Origin: Dehalococcoidia bacterium
GTDB taxonomy: Bacteria; Chloroflexota; Dehalococcoidia; Lucifugimonadales; UBA2985
Direction of reading: 5' to 3'
Length of the DNA: 64,000 nucleotides
Assembly (NCBI GenBank): GCA_034421435.1
Contig: DAOUKJ010000040.1
Location: forward strand, 21,373-85,372
Under the pieces are notes generated by a model that was not told the origin of the DNA, made no database searches, and saw nothing but the letters and a program-made list of their open reading frames with translations. Below, one piece after another: positions 53,028-62,095 of this stretch. The position numbers and the translations under genes were made by a program. The first letter of the stretch is position 1. Each line of letters starts with the position of its first letter.

Positions 53028-54401
53028 TTGGCGGCGAAAGTGGATAGCTGGAGAGCCGTCATATTGGCGGCTGGACGAGGTTCCAGGATGAGGTCCGCCG
53101 TGCCGAAGATCCTCCAACCCATCTGCGGACGCGCTATGGTCGGTCTTGTGGCTGACTCACTTCGCGGAGCAGGTCTGGACGAGGTGGTCGCTGTTGTCTC
53201 TCCGGGCGATTCGAGTGTTGGCGCGGCAATCGGCGGATGCGTTTCGCCCGTCGAGCAGGCCGAGCCGCTTGGAACCGCCCACGCGCTTTCGCAGGCCGGT
53301 GCGCTGCTGGCTGGGCACAGGGGCCACGTACTCGCCATCAACGGCGATGTTCCACTCATCACGCCCGCTACGATTTCCGCGCTGGTCGCTCGCCACGAGT
53401 CGACGGGCGCCTGCCTCACCATCCTGACCTGCGACGGTCCGCCTTCGCAGGGTATGGGACGCGTGGTCAGGGGCGGCGATGGCGCAGTCGCCGCAATCGT
53501 GGAGGAGGCAGATCTGGATGCTCAGTCCGCTTGCAGCACAGAGGCCAACGTCGGCGTCTACTGCGTCGAGTCACCTTGGGTGTGGAACGCCCTGTGCGAG
53601 CTGCCGACAGCACCGAACGGCGAAGTCTACCTCACGAGCCTGGTTGCGGAGGCCGTGCGCCAGGGGCACGCGGTTGAGTCCGTGTCCGTCGAGGACGCCT
53701 CGGAGGCGCTCGGCGTGAACGACGGCGTTCAGCTTGACCGAGCCAGGGAAGCGATGCGACGGCGCATCAACGACGGTTGGAGGCTGCGGGGCGTCAGCGT
53801 AATGGAACCGGCCTTCATCGACTTGACGGTTGAGTTGGGCGAGGACAGCGTGGTCTATCCCAATACCTTCCTGCAGGGCAGGACGACCATCGGGAAGGGA
53901 TGCGCGATTGGTCCAGGCTCCATGGTGACAGACTCCACGTTGGCGGACGGCTGCCGCGTCCTGAACTCAGTCGTTGAGGGCGCGGTGCTCGAGGAGGGCG
54001 TGGATGTCGGGCCCTTCAGCCACGTTCGCCCCGACTCCCGCGTGGAGACCGGCGTGCACGTGGGCAACTTCGCAGAGATCAAGAACAGCCGGCTTGGGCG
54101 AGGCACCAAGATGGGCCACTTCAGCTACGTCGGCGACTCGTGGGTTGGCGAGGGTGTGAATATAGGCGCAGGCGCCGTGACCTGCAACTTCGACGGCGTC
54201 GGCAAGCACCGCACCATCGTGGAGGATGGCGCATTCATAGGCAGCGACTCGATGCTGATAGCGCCGGTGAGAATAGGCGCAGGTGCAAGCACGGGAGCCG
54301 GGTCGGTGGTGACCAAGGACGTCCCACCCGGCGCACGCGTGGCCGGCGTCCCGGCCAGGGTCATCGCCGGCGGCAATCACGGCGAACGACGGGAATCATG
54401 A
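53028..54401 (+). CDS. glmU: Bifunctional UDP-N-acetylglucosamine pyrophosphorylase / glucosamine-1-phosphate N-acetyltransferase
   Basis: AVILAAGRGSRMRSAVPKILQPICGRAMV is followed by a left-handed beta-helix hexapeptide region at the C-terminus. The start is TTG 53028 or GTG 53040. Confidence 0.93.
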   Translation: MAAKVDSWRAVILAAGRGSRMRSAVPKILQPICGRAMVGLVADSLRGAGLDEVVAVVSPGDSSVGAAIGGCVSPVEQAEPLGTAHALSQAGALLAGHRGHVLAINGDVPLITPATISALVARHESTGACLTILTCDGPPSQGMGRVVRGGDGAVAAIVEEADLDAQSACSTEANVGVYCVESPWVWNALCELPTAPNGEVYLTSLVAEAVRQGHAVESVSVEDASEALGVNDGVQLDRAREAMRRRINDGWRLRGVSVMEPAFIDLTVELGEDSVVYPNTFLQGRTTIGKGCAIGPGSMVTDSTLADGCRVLNSVVEGAVLEEGVDVGPFSHVRPDSRVETGVHVGNFAEIKNSRLGRGTKMGHFSYVGDSWVGEGVNIGAGAVTCNFDGVGKHRTIVEDGAFIGSDSMLIAPVRIGAGASTGAGSVVTKDVPPGARVAGVPARVIAGGNHGERRES

Positions 54402-54446
54402 GGGCGCGCAAAGCACCGACAAGCGCCCGCAGGGAGGTGATACGCC

Positions 54447-55682
54447 TTGGACGGTGATGGCTCGTTAGAAGCCATAGCCCTTGTCGTATCCTTAGTTCTT
54501 CTCGGACTACTTGCTGCCGCGGACGGACACGAGTCCGCGGGGGGGCGTGCTAGCGCCCCGGAGCAGGGCAAAGCGCGGCGCAAGTCGTTGATCTCCAGCG
54601 ATGACGTGCGCGCAACGGCGCAGGTTATTCTCGCAGTCGCGGCCGCCGCGGCCACTTTGTCGCTTGCCTTTTCCCAATCTGCCGGATGGGGCGTCGCCCT
54701 GCTGTGGACCGCCGTCCTTCTGGCCGGAATGATCCTTATGCAGGGCATCGCATTTGGCTTGGGCGCGCGATGGGGCGGCGCGACGCGCCTCGCACTTCCG
54801 TTGCTGTGGCCGCTGGCGTTGCTGGCGGCGCCGTTGGATCTGCTGCGCAAGGCAATCGCGTCGGCCATTGCCGGCGACTCCGAGCGACGCTCCAGCCGCG
54901 AGGATCCGGCGGACGCGCTGGTGAACGGGCTGCCCGGCCTCATGGCGGAGGGCGATGAGGAGGAGGAGCTTGATCCGCACGAGCGCAGGATGATCAGGTC
55001 TATACTGAAGCTGGACCAGACCACGGCACGCGAGATCATGGTGCACAGGATGGACATCCTGGCGGCGGACGCATCTTCAACGCCGGCGCAGGTTGCCGAT
55101 CTGATGCACGAGAGCGGACACAGCCGGATACCGCTGTTCAGGGACTCGCTTGACGACATCGTGGGAGTCGTGCACTCAAGGGACTTGCTGCGCAACTTTG
55201 GCGCTGACGGCGAAGAGGTCCGGCTGACGGAGATCGTTCGTCCGGCGCTCTTTGTTCCTGACTCCAAGCGGGTGGACGATCTGCTTCGGGAGTTTCAGGA
55301 GCACCGCATTCAGGTGGCCATAGTCGTGGACGAGTACGGAGGAACGGCAGGGCTGGTGACCATCGAAGACCTGCTGGAGGAGATAGTGGGGGAGATCGAG
55401 GACGAGTTCGACGAGGATGAGCCACTTCACGAGATGCTCGATGAGCGCAGGGCCGTGATGGACGCGCGAATGCCACTCGACGAGGTCAACCGCGTGCTCT
55501 CGGTCAACCTGGAGGGTGACGGGTTCGACACGCTGGGCGGCCTGCTCTACCAGCAGCTGGGGAAGATGCCAAGCCCCGGCGATGAGCTGGAGGTGGACGG
55601 CCTGGACATCAGGGTGATTTCCACCCTGGGGCGACGCATCAAGAAGGTTGAGGTGGCGCTCAGGGCGGGGGATGGTGAGTAG
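54447..55682 (+). CDS. Hemolysin-family / CNNM transporter-associated protein (DUF21 + CBS pair + CorC_HlyC)
   Basis: The TTG at 54447 is 9 nt after GGGAGG. It has an N-terminal 4-TM DUF21 domain, a CBS region (TAREIMVHRMDI...) and CorC_HlyC (VDEYGGTAGLVTIEDLLEEIVGEI). Confidence 0.88.
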   Translation: MDGDGSLEAIALVVSLVLLGLLAAADGHESAGGRASAPEQGKARRKSLISSDDVRATAQVILAVAAAAATLSLAFSQSAGWGVALLWTAVLLAGMILMQGIAFGLGARWGGATRLALPLLWPLALLAAPLDLLRKAIASAIAGDSERRSSREDPADALVNGLPGLMAEGDEEEELDPHERRMIRSILKLDQTTAREIMVHRMDILAADASSTPAQVADLMHESGHSRIPLFRDSLDDIVGVVHSRDLLRNFGADGEEVRLTEIVRPALFVPDSKRVDDLLREFQEHRIQVAIVVDEYGGTAGLVTIEDLLEEIVGEIEDEFDEDEPLHEMLDERRAVMDARMPLDEVNRVLSVNLEGDGFDTLGGLLYQQLGKMPSPGDELEVDGLDIRVISTLGRRIKKVEVALRAGDGE

Positions 55683-55756
55683 GGGATAGAAAGTGTCCAG
55701 GGTGCTGGGGAACGGGAGCGGGGGAGTGAGATGTGGGATGACGGGCCAGCCTAAGC

Positions 55757-55817
55757 AAAGGAGCGGGGATGGGCATTGCCCATCCCAGCTATTTCTCTCT
55801 GCGAAATGGTGAGAACG
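55757..55817 (+). terminator. Hairpin terminator module, copy 1 (downstream of the CNNM gene)
   Basis: GGGATGGG-CATTG-CCCATCCC stem-loop followed by AGCTATTTCTCTCT. The whole module of about 60 bp recurs at 56077-56137. Confidence 0.5.
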
Positions 55818-56076
55818 TCCGGCGCTTGCGTGTTTGCCTCAATCCTCCGTGTCAGCTTCCAAGGCTTGTCGATCATGGTCATGGATTCTCCGCGGCGATT
55901 GCCGGTGTCTGCCGCGATCGCGATGGGGGGTGGTCGCCGGCATCACGAATGATGACATGCATGCTCCCAGGGTCCACGGGCTTGTCGTCCGGACTCCGTA
56001 CGATACGGTCGAGCCGCTAGGACTGGTGGATTGCAGGCTTGTGGCTGCTGAACGGAGGAGGTGGCTGAGAAACACA

Positions 56077-56137
56077 AGAAAGCGGGGATGGAACTTGCCC
56101 ATCCCCGCTCTTTCTCTATCCTAGATGGTGAGAACGG
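56077..56137. terminator. Hairpin terminator module, copy 2 (bidirectional; terminates the minus-strand secreted-protein gene)
   Basis: GCGGGGATGG-AACTTGC-CCATCCCCGC (10-bp stem). It is flanked by TCTTTCTCT on the plus strand and TTTCTTGTGTTTCTC on the minus strand. Confidence 0.55.
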
Positions 56138-56171
56138 TTGCCATCGGCGCGGTGGCCGACTCACCTCCGCT

Positions 56172-56726
56172 CTACTTCATCATCATCTTGTCGTCCATCA
56201 TCATCGCGTCTTCGCCGCACTTCTCGGACACGGTCATGATGGGAGTGGTCGCCAGCCTACCGGACACGCCGAAGGCTTCCAGCGTCCAGATGCCGTCGCC
56301 GGGATACCGGACGAATACGCTCGTGTCGTTCGGAGGCCTGGACGCGAGGTAGAAGTTCAACTCTGCAGCACCGGCAGCATTGACCTCGCCGGAGAACCAG
56401 ATCAGGGACTCGTCCGAGTTCTTGACCAGGGAGAGGATGACTACCTCACCTGCACCGAAACCGGAGACCCACACGTTGAACTCATGACCGGCGAACTCGC
56501 TCAGGTCCTTCCGGTGGGGATTGCTTTCCTCGGTAGCATTGGATGCGCAGATGTTGCTGGTAACGATCGTCGCGCCGTCAGTCCTGGTGAGGGACTCCTG
56601 CGGCGAGACCGCCGCTTGGTTACCGCCTAGGGCTGTGCCCGTGCCAAGTGCTGCCACCAGCAGCAACGTCAGTATGAGAACGCCTTTGACCGACATAATC
56701 TTCTTCACTGCTGACAAGCCTCCCAT
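56172..56726 (-). CDS. Secreted hypothetical protein with Met-rich C-terminal tail
   Basis: Signal-peptide-like MGGLSAVKKIMSVKGVLILTLLLVAALGTGTALG (start ATG 56726 or 56696). The C-terminus reads EKCGEDAMMMDDKMMMK. Confidence 0.6.
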   Translation of the reverse strand: MGGLSAVKKIMSVKGVLILTLLLVAALGTGTALGGNQAAVSPQESLTRTDGATIVTSNICASNATEESNPHRKDLSEFAGHEFNVWVSGFGAGEVVILSLVKNSDESLIWFSGEVNAAGAAELNFYLASRPPNDTSVFVRYPGDGIWTLEAFGVSGRLATTPIMTVSEKCGEDAMMMDDKMMMK

Positions 56727-57067
56727 TGCTCGTGATTGGTTCTGCGAAACGCCTGCTTTCCCCGGCTGGAGAGGTGCGCCGTCTTCCATTCCTTGTCACA
56801 AATCCGCCTAATCATAGTCACATCGTGCTTTTGTGTCAACCCTTATAGCTGGCAATTTTCGTGTTCTTTGGTGCGGACCGGCATGTTGCTGCCTGACGTC
56901 AAGCTGCGATGCGAGGTTCAGGGGAGCCTCGAAGGCCCGCGGCCAGTCTCAAGTGGGCGAGGCGGCATGCACGCGGCCGACAGAACGCCCGGCGATTTAC
57001 TTGCAAGTGTACTCTGCTATAATTCCCGCTTGGCGCAGCGCCCATCTGCCACCGGGCCAGGGAGGGA

Positions 57068-58330
57068 ATGGAACACGACGTAATCGAGAAGGTGACTCAC
57101 CTTGTGTTCCAGCTTGCCGTCATACTGGCGGCAGCCAAGGTGGGTGGCGAGATATGCCAGCGCTTCCTGAAGACTCCCCCGGTCCTTGGTGAACTGGTCG
57201 TAGGAATCATCATTGGGCCGTTTGCCCTGGGCCAGATCGACATCCCCGGCCTGGGGCCGCTGTTCGAGGCTCCGCATAATGGCGGCTCCATTCCCGTATC
57301 GCTGGAGCTGTACTCCGTCTCTCAGATTGCGGCCGTGGTCCTGCTGTTCACCGCCGGACTGGAGACCGACCTCAAGCAGTTTCTCCGCTACGCCGGCCCA
57401 GCCACGGCAGTTGCAATAGGCGGCGTGGTGTTCCCGTTCCTGTTCGGCGTGGGCGCCACGTTTCTGTTCAGGCCGGGCGGCCTGGAGGGCGACCCGCTGC
57501 TGTACTCGGCCCTCTTCGTGGGCGCGGTCATGACGGCGACCTCCGTGGGCATCACCGCCAGGGTGCTGAACGACATCAACAGGCTGGACTCGCCCGAGGG
57601 CGTCACCATCCTCGCTGCCGCGGTGGTTGACGACGTACTGGGGATTCTGGTGCTCACTGTCATTCTGGGCCTCGCCGAGCCGGACCAAAGCGCGAGCATT
57701 GGAGGCGTGGCGCTGGTGGGGGCCAAGGCCATCGGCTTCTGGCTGACGCTGTTGGTGGGCGGAATCCTGTGCGCCAAGTACATTTCCGCGGCGCTGGGCT
57801 CGTTCCGCGGCACAGGTTCGGCGATAGCGCTTGCGCTCGCGCTGGCCTTCCTCGCGGCGGGCCTCGCGGAGAGCTTCGGGCTGGCCATGATCATCGGGGC
57901 GTACACGATAGGGCTGGCGCTGTCCGGGACACAGCTGGCCAAGCAGCTGGAGGAGCCCATCATGGCGGTGTACCACGGCCTGGTGCCCATCTTCTTTGTG
58001 GTGATGGGCATGCTGGTGGACGTGACGGTGATGGGCGGAGTAGTCCTGTTCGGCGCGGTGATCACCTTCCTGGCGATCCTGAGCAAGGTTGCAGGGTCGG
58101 GATTGCCGGCGCTATTCGCGGGGTTCACCAGGGCCGGCTCCTGGCGCATAGGCATAGGTATGCTGCCGAGGGGTGAGGTTGCCCTCATCATCGCAGGGAT
58201 AGGGCTCTCGCGCGGGCTGATAGGCCAGGACGTGTTCGGCGTAGCAATCCTGATGACGGTCGTGACCACGCTGATGGCGCCGATGATCCTTGTGCCGTCG
58301 TTCGGCAGGGGCGGCCCCGGCCAGCGATGA
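57068..58330 (+). CDS. Cation:proton antiporter (Na_H_Exchanger family, CPA2-like)
   Basis: 420 aa, about 11-12 TM segments, with the N-terminus LVFQLAVILAAAKVGGEICQRFLKTPPVLGELVVGIIIGP typical of Kef/NapA-type antiporters. Confidence 0.88.
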   Translation: MEHDVIEKVTHLVFQLAVILAAAKVGGEICQRFLKTPPVLGELVVGIIIGPFALGQIDIPGLGPLFEAPHNGGSIPVSLELYSVSQIAAVVLLFTAGLETDLKQFLRYAGPATAVAIGGVVFPFLFGVGATFLFRPGGLEGDPLLYSALFVGAVMTATSVGITARVLNDINRLDSPEGVTILAAAVVDDVLGILVLTVILGLAEPDQSASIGGVALVGAKAIGFWLTLLVGGILCAKYISAALGSFRGTGSAIALALALAFLAAGLAESFGLAMIIGAYTIGLALSGTQLAKQLEEPIMAVYHGLVPIFFVVMGMLVDVTVMGGVVLFGAVITFLAILSKVAGSGLPALFAGFTRAGSWRIGIGMLPRGEVALIIAGIGLSRGLIGQDVFGVAILMTVVTTLMAPMILVPSFGRGGPGQR

Positions 58331-58442
58331 GGGCGCGCTCAGGTTGCTTGCGGGAACGCAGGGCTGGTATAGTAGCGCCTGCCGGCCGCCGCGGATGACG
58401 CTCATAGTAGCGTTGACGAGGCCGGAAGGAGCGATCCGTCAG

Positions 58443-58517
58443 GCCCCTGTAGCTCAGAGGATAGAGCGCTGGCCTCCGAAGCCAGGTGCGTGGGTTCGAG
58501 TCCCGCCAGGGGCACCA
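58443..58517 (+). tRNA. tRNA-Arg (anticodon CCG)
   Basis: The acceptor is GCCCCTG/CAGGGGC. The D arm is GCTC-AGAGGATA-GAGC. The anticodon stem is CTGGC/GCCAG with loop CT-CCG-AA. The T loop is TTCGAGT, and CCA is encoded. Confidence 0.93.
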
Positions 58518-58648
58518 CGGCCGTCGCCGTCATCGGCATACCCCATTCGCGTATGGCCTGAACGTCGCGGCGGCATACCTGCCCGCGGCACTCTGCTGCG
58601 ACGGACCTCAAACCCCATGCCTCCCTTCCAGATGCCGCTCCTGTGCTA

Positions 58649-58691
58649 TTGACAGCGCCATACATTAGACTTATGCTTGCTTTTGCAAGTA
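58649..58691 (+). promoter_or_regulatory. Promoter candidate (TTGACA-17-TATGCT) overlapped by a 7-4-7 palindrome (possible Zur/Fur operator)
   Basis: TTGACA at 58649-58654 and TATGCT at 58672-58677. The near-perfect palindrome TGCTTGC-TTTT-GCAAGTA lies at 58674-58691, immediately upstream of the fur-family gene. Confidence 0.45.
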
Positions 58692-58707
58692 GTTGCAGGA
58701 GCAAGGA

Positions 58708-59133
58708 ATGGCAGGGCACAGCAACGTCGTAGCCACGCTCAGGGAGGCGGGATACCGCCTCACTCCGCAGCGCGTCATGGTGCTGCAGGCCATCACGGAA
58801 GGTGGGGGACACCAGACCGCGGAGGCGATTTATCGCGAGGTCATCAAGACGTACCCGTACCTGGACATCGCGACCGTCTATCGCATCCTTCAGCTGCTCA
58901 AGCGGCTGCACCTGGTCACCGAAATCGACCTGGGCGGTGACTCCGCTCGCTACGAGGTCGCGGAGCCAAACAAGCACCACCACATGGTCTGTCGCGAGTG
59001 CAGCCGCACCTTCGATCTCAGCCCGTCCTACCTCGAAGAGTTCAGGCTCCGTCTCGTGAACGAGTTTGGATTCGAGCCGGACCTGGAGCATTTTGCGATA
59101 GGAGGGCAGTGCGCGGAATGCGGTTCAGCGTAG
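58708..59133 (+). CDS. zur: Fur-family metalloregulator (probably Zur)
   Basis: The ATG at 58708 follows AGGAGCAAGGA. It has RLTPQRVMVLQAI, HHHMVCRECSR and CAECG (CxxC pairs). It heads a ZnuA/C/B-type operon. Confidence 0.85.
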   Translation: MAGHSNVVATLREAGYRLTPQRVMVLQAITEGGGHQTAEAIYREVIKTYPYLDIATVYRILQLLKRLHLVTEIDLGGDSARYEVAEPNKHHHMVCRECSRTFDLSPSYLEEFRLRLVNEFGFEPDLEHFAIGGQCAECGSA

Positions 59134-60182
59134 CGAGGGCGGCACTCCTGACCCGCGAGACCGTGTTGGGCCGGGCCATCGGTAGATTGGCAACACCGGC
59201 AATACTCGCGCTTGCCGTGCTGGTGCTGGCTGCGGCCTGCGCATCGGAAGGAGAACCCGCGGACGGGGAGAAGCTCAGAGTGGTCACCACCGTATCGCCG
59301 ATAACCAGCCTCGCAGAGAATGTGGGAGGCACACGCATCCGGCTGGAAGGAGTGGTGCCGGAGGGCACCAACTCGCACACGTTCAGCCCCGCGCCGTCCG
59401 TCGCCGTAACGCTCACGGAGGCTGACCTCTTCATCGCCAACGGCCTCTTTCTGGAGGAGCCTACCATCGAGATGGCCGAGGCCAACCTGAAGGATGGCGC
59501 TGTTATCCTGACCCTGGCGGACAAGGCCATCTCCGAGGATGAGTGGGTTTTCGACTTCTCCTTCCCGGAGTCGGACGGGCACCCCAACCCGCACCTGTGG
59601 ACGTCGCCGCCGCTGGGCTTGCGCTACGCGGAGCTCATCCGCGACGCGCTCGTGGAGCTTGACCCGGACAACCGCGACTACTACGACGAGAATCTGGAGG
59701 CGCTGCGGGAGCGCATCGAGGACCTGGACGGCCGCATAGCGCGGGCCGTGGAGACCATCCCGCCGGCCAACCGCAAGCTGCTGACGTACCACGACTCGTT
59801 CCCGTTCTTCGGGCCGCGCTACGGGCTGGAGATCATCGGCGCGGTGCAGCCGTCGGACTTCACGGAGCCGTCGGCGCGTGAGGTGGCGTCGCTAATCAAC
59901 CAGATCAGGGAGGCAGAGGTCCCGGCGATATTCGGCTCCGAGGTGTTCCCAAGCCCCGTCATGGAGCAGATTGCGAGAGAAGGCGGCGCGGAGTTCGTGG
60001 ACCGGCTGCGGGACGACGACCTGCCCGGCGCGCCCGGCGACCCGCTTCACACCTACCTTGGCCTGATTCTCACGGACGTGCAGATCATCGTCGGCGCGCT
60101 GGGAGGCAGCACGGACGCCCTGGACGGGTTTGACTCCGGCCTCGTTTTTGAGGGCGAGAGCGGAGCAATCTACCCTCAGTAG
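59118..60182 (+). CDS. znuA: Metal (Zn/Mn) ABC transporter substrate-binding lipoprotein, ZnuA/TroA family
   Basis: The ATG at 59118 overlaps the zur 3' end. The lipobox is VLAAAC|AS. It also has LRVVTTVSPITSLAENVGG, NSHTFSP and NPHLWTSP. Confidence 0.88.
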   Translation: MRFSVARAALLTRETVLGRAIGRLATPAILALAVLVLAAACASEGEPADGEKLRVVTTVSPITSLAENVGGTRIRLEGVVPEGTNSHTFSPAPSVAVTLTEADLFIANGLFLEEPTIEMAEANLKDGAVILTLADKAISEDEWVFDFSFPESDGHPNPHLWTSPPLGLRYAELIRDALVELDPDNRDYYDENLEALRERIEDLDGRIARAVETIPPANRKLLTYHDSFPFFGPRYGLEIIGAVQPSDFTEPSAREVASLINQIREAEVPAIFGSEVFPSPVMEQIAREGGAEFVDRLRDDDLPGAPGDPLHTYLGLILTDVQIIVGALGGSTDALDGFDSGLVFEGESGAIYPQ

Positions 60183-60191
60183 GGAGCCGTC

Positions 60192-61037
60192 ATGCTGCAT
60201 CCAGTCCCACACGAGTACGGCCCGGTACCACCCATCGTGGAGCTGAAGGACTTGTCCTGCGGCTACGACGGGCGTGTCGTGCTGCGGGACGTCAACCTGA
60301 GCATCATGCCCGGGGACTTCGTGGGTCTGCTTGGGCCGAGCGGGTCGGGCAAGAGCACTCTGCTCCGCAGCCTTGTGGGCGCCGTCGACCTGTATCACGG
60401 TGACGTGATCGTGGAGGGGCACTCCGTCGCGAGGAAGCGGCCCAGGACAGGCTACGTGCCGCAGCTGGAGACCATCGACTGGAACTTTCCTGTGACCGCC
60501 TGGGAAGTGGTGATGATGGGGTGCACGGCGGACAGTCCGGCACTGCCCTGGTACGGGAAGGCGGTGCGGAAGAGGGGAATGGAAATCATGGAGCGGCTGG
60601 GAATCGCCGCGCTGGCGGGCCGGCACATTCGCGAGCTCTCGGGCGGTGAGCAGCAGCGCACGTTCCTGGCGAGGGCGCTGGTGAGCAATCCGCGGCTGCT
60701 TATCCTGGACGAGCCCACGTCCGGCGTGGACATCAAGACGCGGGACGACGTGATGCACCTGCTGGACGAGCTGAACCATCAGGACATCACGGTGATTATG
60801 AGCACCCACGAGATCAACGCGGTGGCCGCCCACCTGCCGCGCGTCGTGTGCCTCAATGGCAGCGTCATCGCGGACGGGCCGCCCGCGGATGTGTTCACAA
60901 GCGAGCTGCTGAGCCTCACCTACGGCGCACACATGCCCATCACCCAGTACGAAGGCATTACGCTGGTGGCGGAGACGCCGCACTTCTTCGGGAGGGACAA
61001 CCACTCCGCCGGCGAGCGGAATGGAGCAGGGAAGTAG
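60192..61037 (+). CDS. znuC: Metal ABC transporter ATP-binding protein
   Basis: Walker A GPSGSGKSTLL, signature LSGGEQQRTFLARAL and Walker B LLILDEPTSGVD. Confidence 0.92.
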   Translation: MLHPVPHEYGPVPPIVELKDLSCGYDGRVVLRDVNLSIMPGDFVGLLGPSGSGKSTLLRSLVGAVDLYHGDVIVEGHSVARKRPRTGYVPQLETIDWNFPVTAWEVVMMGCTADSPALPWYGKAVRKRGMEIMERLGIAALAGRHIRELSGGEQQRTFLARALVSNPRLLILDEPTSGVDIKTRDDVMHLLDELNHQDITVIMSTHEINAVAAHLPRVVCLNGSVIADGPPADVFTSELLSLTYGAHMPITQYEGITLVAETPHFFGRDNHSAGERNGAGK

Positions 61038-61048
61038 AGAGGGACTCA

Positions 61049-61924
61049 GTGTTCGAGCCATTCCAGTACGAGTTCTTCGTCAAGGGAGCAATCGCAGCCA
61101 CGCTTGTGGGCGGGCTTTGCGGTTTCGTGGGCGTGTACGTTGTGCTGCGCGGAATGTCCTACATCGGCCACGGGCTGGCCCACGCCATCTTCGGGGGCGC
61201 GGTGGTGAGCTACGTCATGTCCATCAACTTCTTTGTGGGCGCGAGCGTGTGGGGGTTCGTCTCCGCGGTGCTGATCAACATGACCACGCGCAGGCAGAAG
61301 ATAGGCGCGGACGCGGCGATCGGCATTGTGACGACGGCGAGCTTTGCGCTGGGCATCGCGCTCATCAGCCGGTACAAGACCTTCACGCGCAGCTTCGATG
61401 CTGCGCTGTTCGGCAACATCCTGGGCGTCACATACGGCGACCTGCTGGCGATCGTCGCTGTCGTGGCTGCGACCGCGCTGATAGTGATCGTGGCATACAA
61501 GCAGTTCCTGTTCACCGCCTTCGACCCGGAAGTGGCGCAGTACTACGGCGTGCACACAGGGTGGGTGGACTCGATGCTTGCGCTGGTGCTGGCGGCCTCC
61601 ATCGTGGTATCGATGCAGGTGCTGGGCGTGACGATGATAGCCGCGGCAATCGTCATACCGCCTATCATCGCGAGGCTTCTGACCAACAGCTTCGGCAGCA
61701 TGATGCTGCTGTCCGCGGGCGTGGGCGCGCTGTGCGGCCTGGGCGGGATATACCTCAGCTTCTACGTGGACGTGTCGTCCGGTGCGACGGTGGTGCTGTT
61801 CTCCGCGGCGCTGTTCGTGGCGGCGCTGGGCTACGCGTCGCTGCGCTCGCGGCTGGCCGCCGCCAGGGGCAGACTGGCAGGTCGGGCGGCGCTTTCCGAC
61901 GTGGACGGCGGCGCTTTCCACTGA
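61049..61924 (+). CDS. znuB: Metal ABC transporter permease (ABC-3 family)
   Basis: The in-frame GTG at 61049 gives (M)FEPFQYEFFVKGAIAATLVGGLCGFVGVYVVLRGMSYIGHGLAHAIFGG. Confidence 0.9.
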   Translation: MFEPFQYEFFVKGAIAATLVGGLCGFVGVYVVLRGMSYIGHGLAHAIFGGAVVSYVMSINFFVGASVWGFVSAVLINMTTRRQKIGADAAIGIVTTASFALGIALISRYKTFTRSFDAALFGNILGVTYGDLLAIVAVVAATALIVIVAYKQFLFTAFDPEVAQYYGVHTGWVDSMLALVLAASIVVSMQVLGVTMIAAAIVIPPIIARLLTNSFGSMMLLSAGVGALCGLGGIYLSFYVDVSSGATVVLFSAALFVAALGYASLRSRLAAARGRLAGRAALSDVDGGAFH

Positions 61925-61984
61925 TTCGGCCGTTGCCAATTGAGACCGCGTTCAGGCAACCGTCGAATTTGCCTCTCATAGTTG

Positions 61985-62013
61985 TTGACTCGCAATGAGG
62001 GTGTGAATATACT
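61985..62013 (+). promoter_or_regulatory. Sigma70-like promoter candidate for pnt operon (TTGACT-17-TATACT)
   Basis: TTGACT at 61985-61990 and TATACT at 62008-62013. Confidence 0.45.
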
Positions 62014-62095
62014 TGCTTCCGATGCTTGAGGGCCTTACCTCGGGTGTGCCTGTGGATCAATCGTCGTCCCACAGAGTCCGGCAACAGGCGGATAG

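Noticed and set aside
55769-56124. ORFs of 83-96 aa between the duplicated terminator modules
   Set aside because: They run through terminator hairpins, lack RBSs and have Arg/Cys/Trp-rich compositions. They are not convincing as genes.
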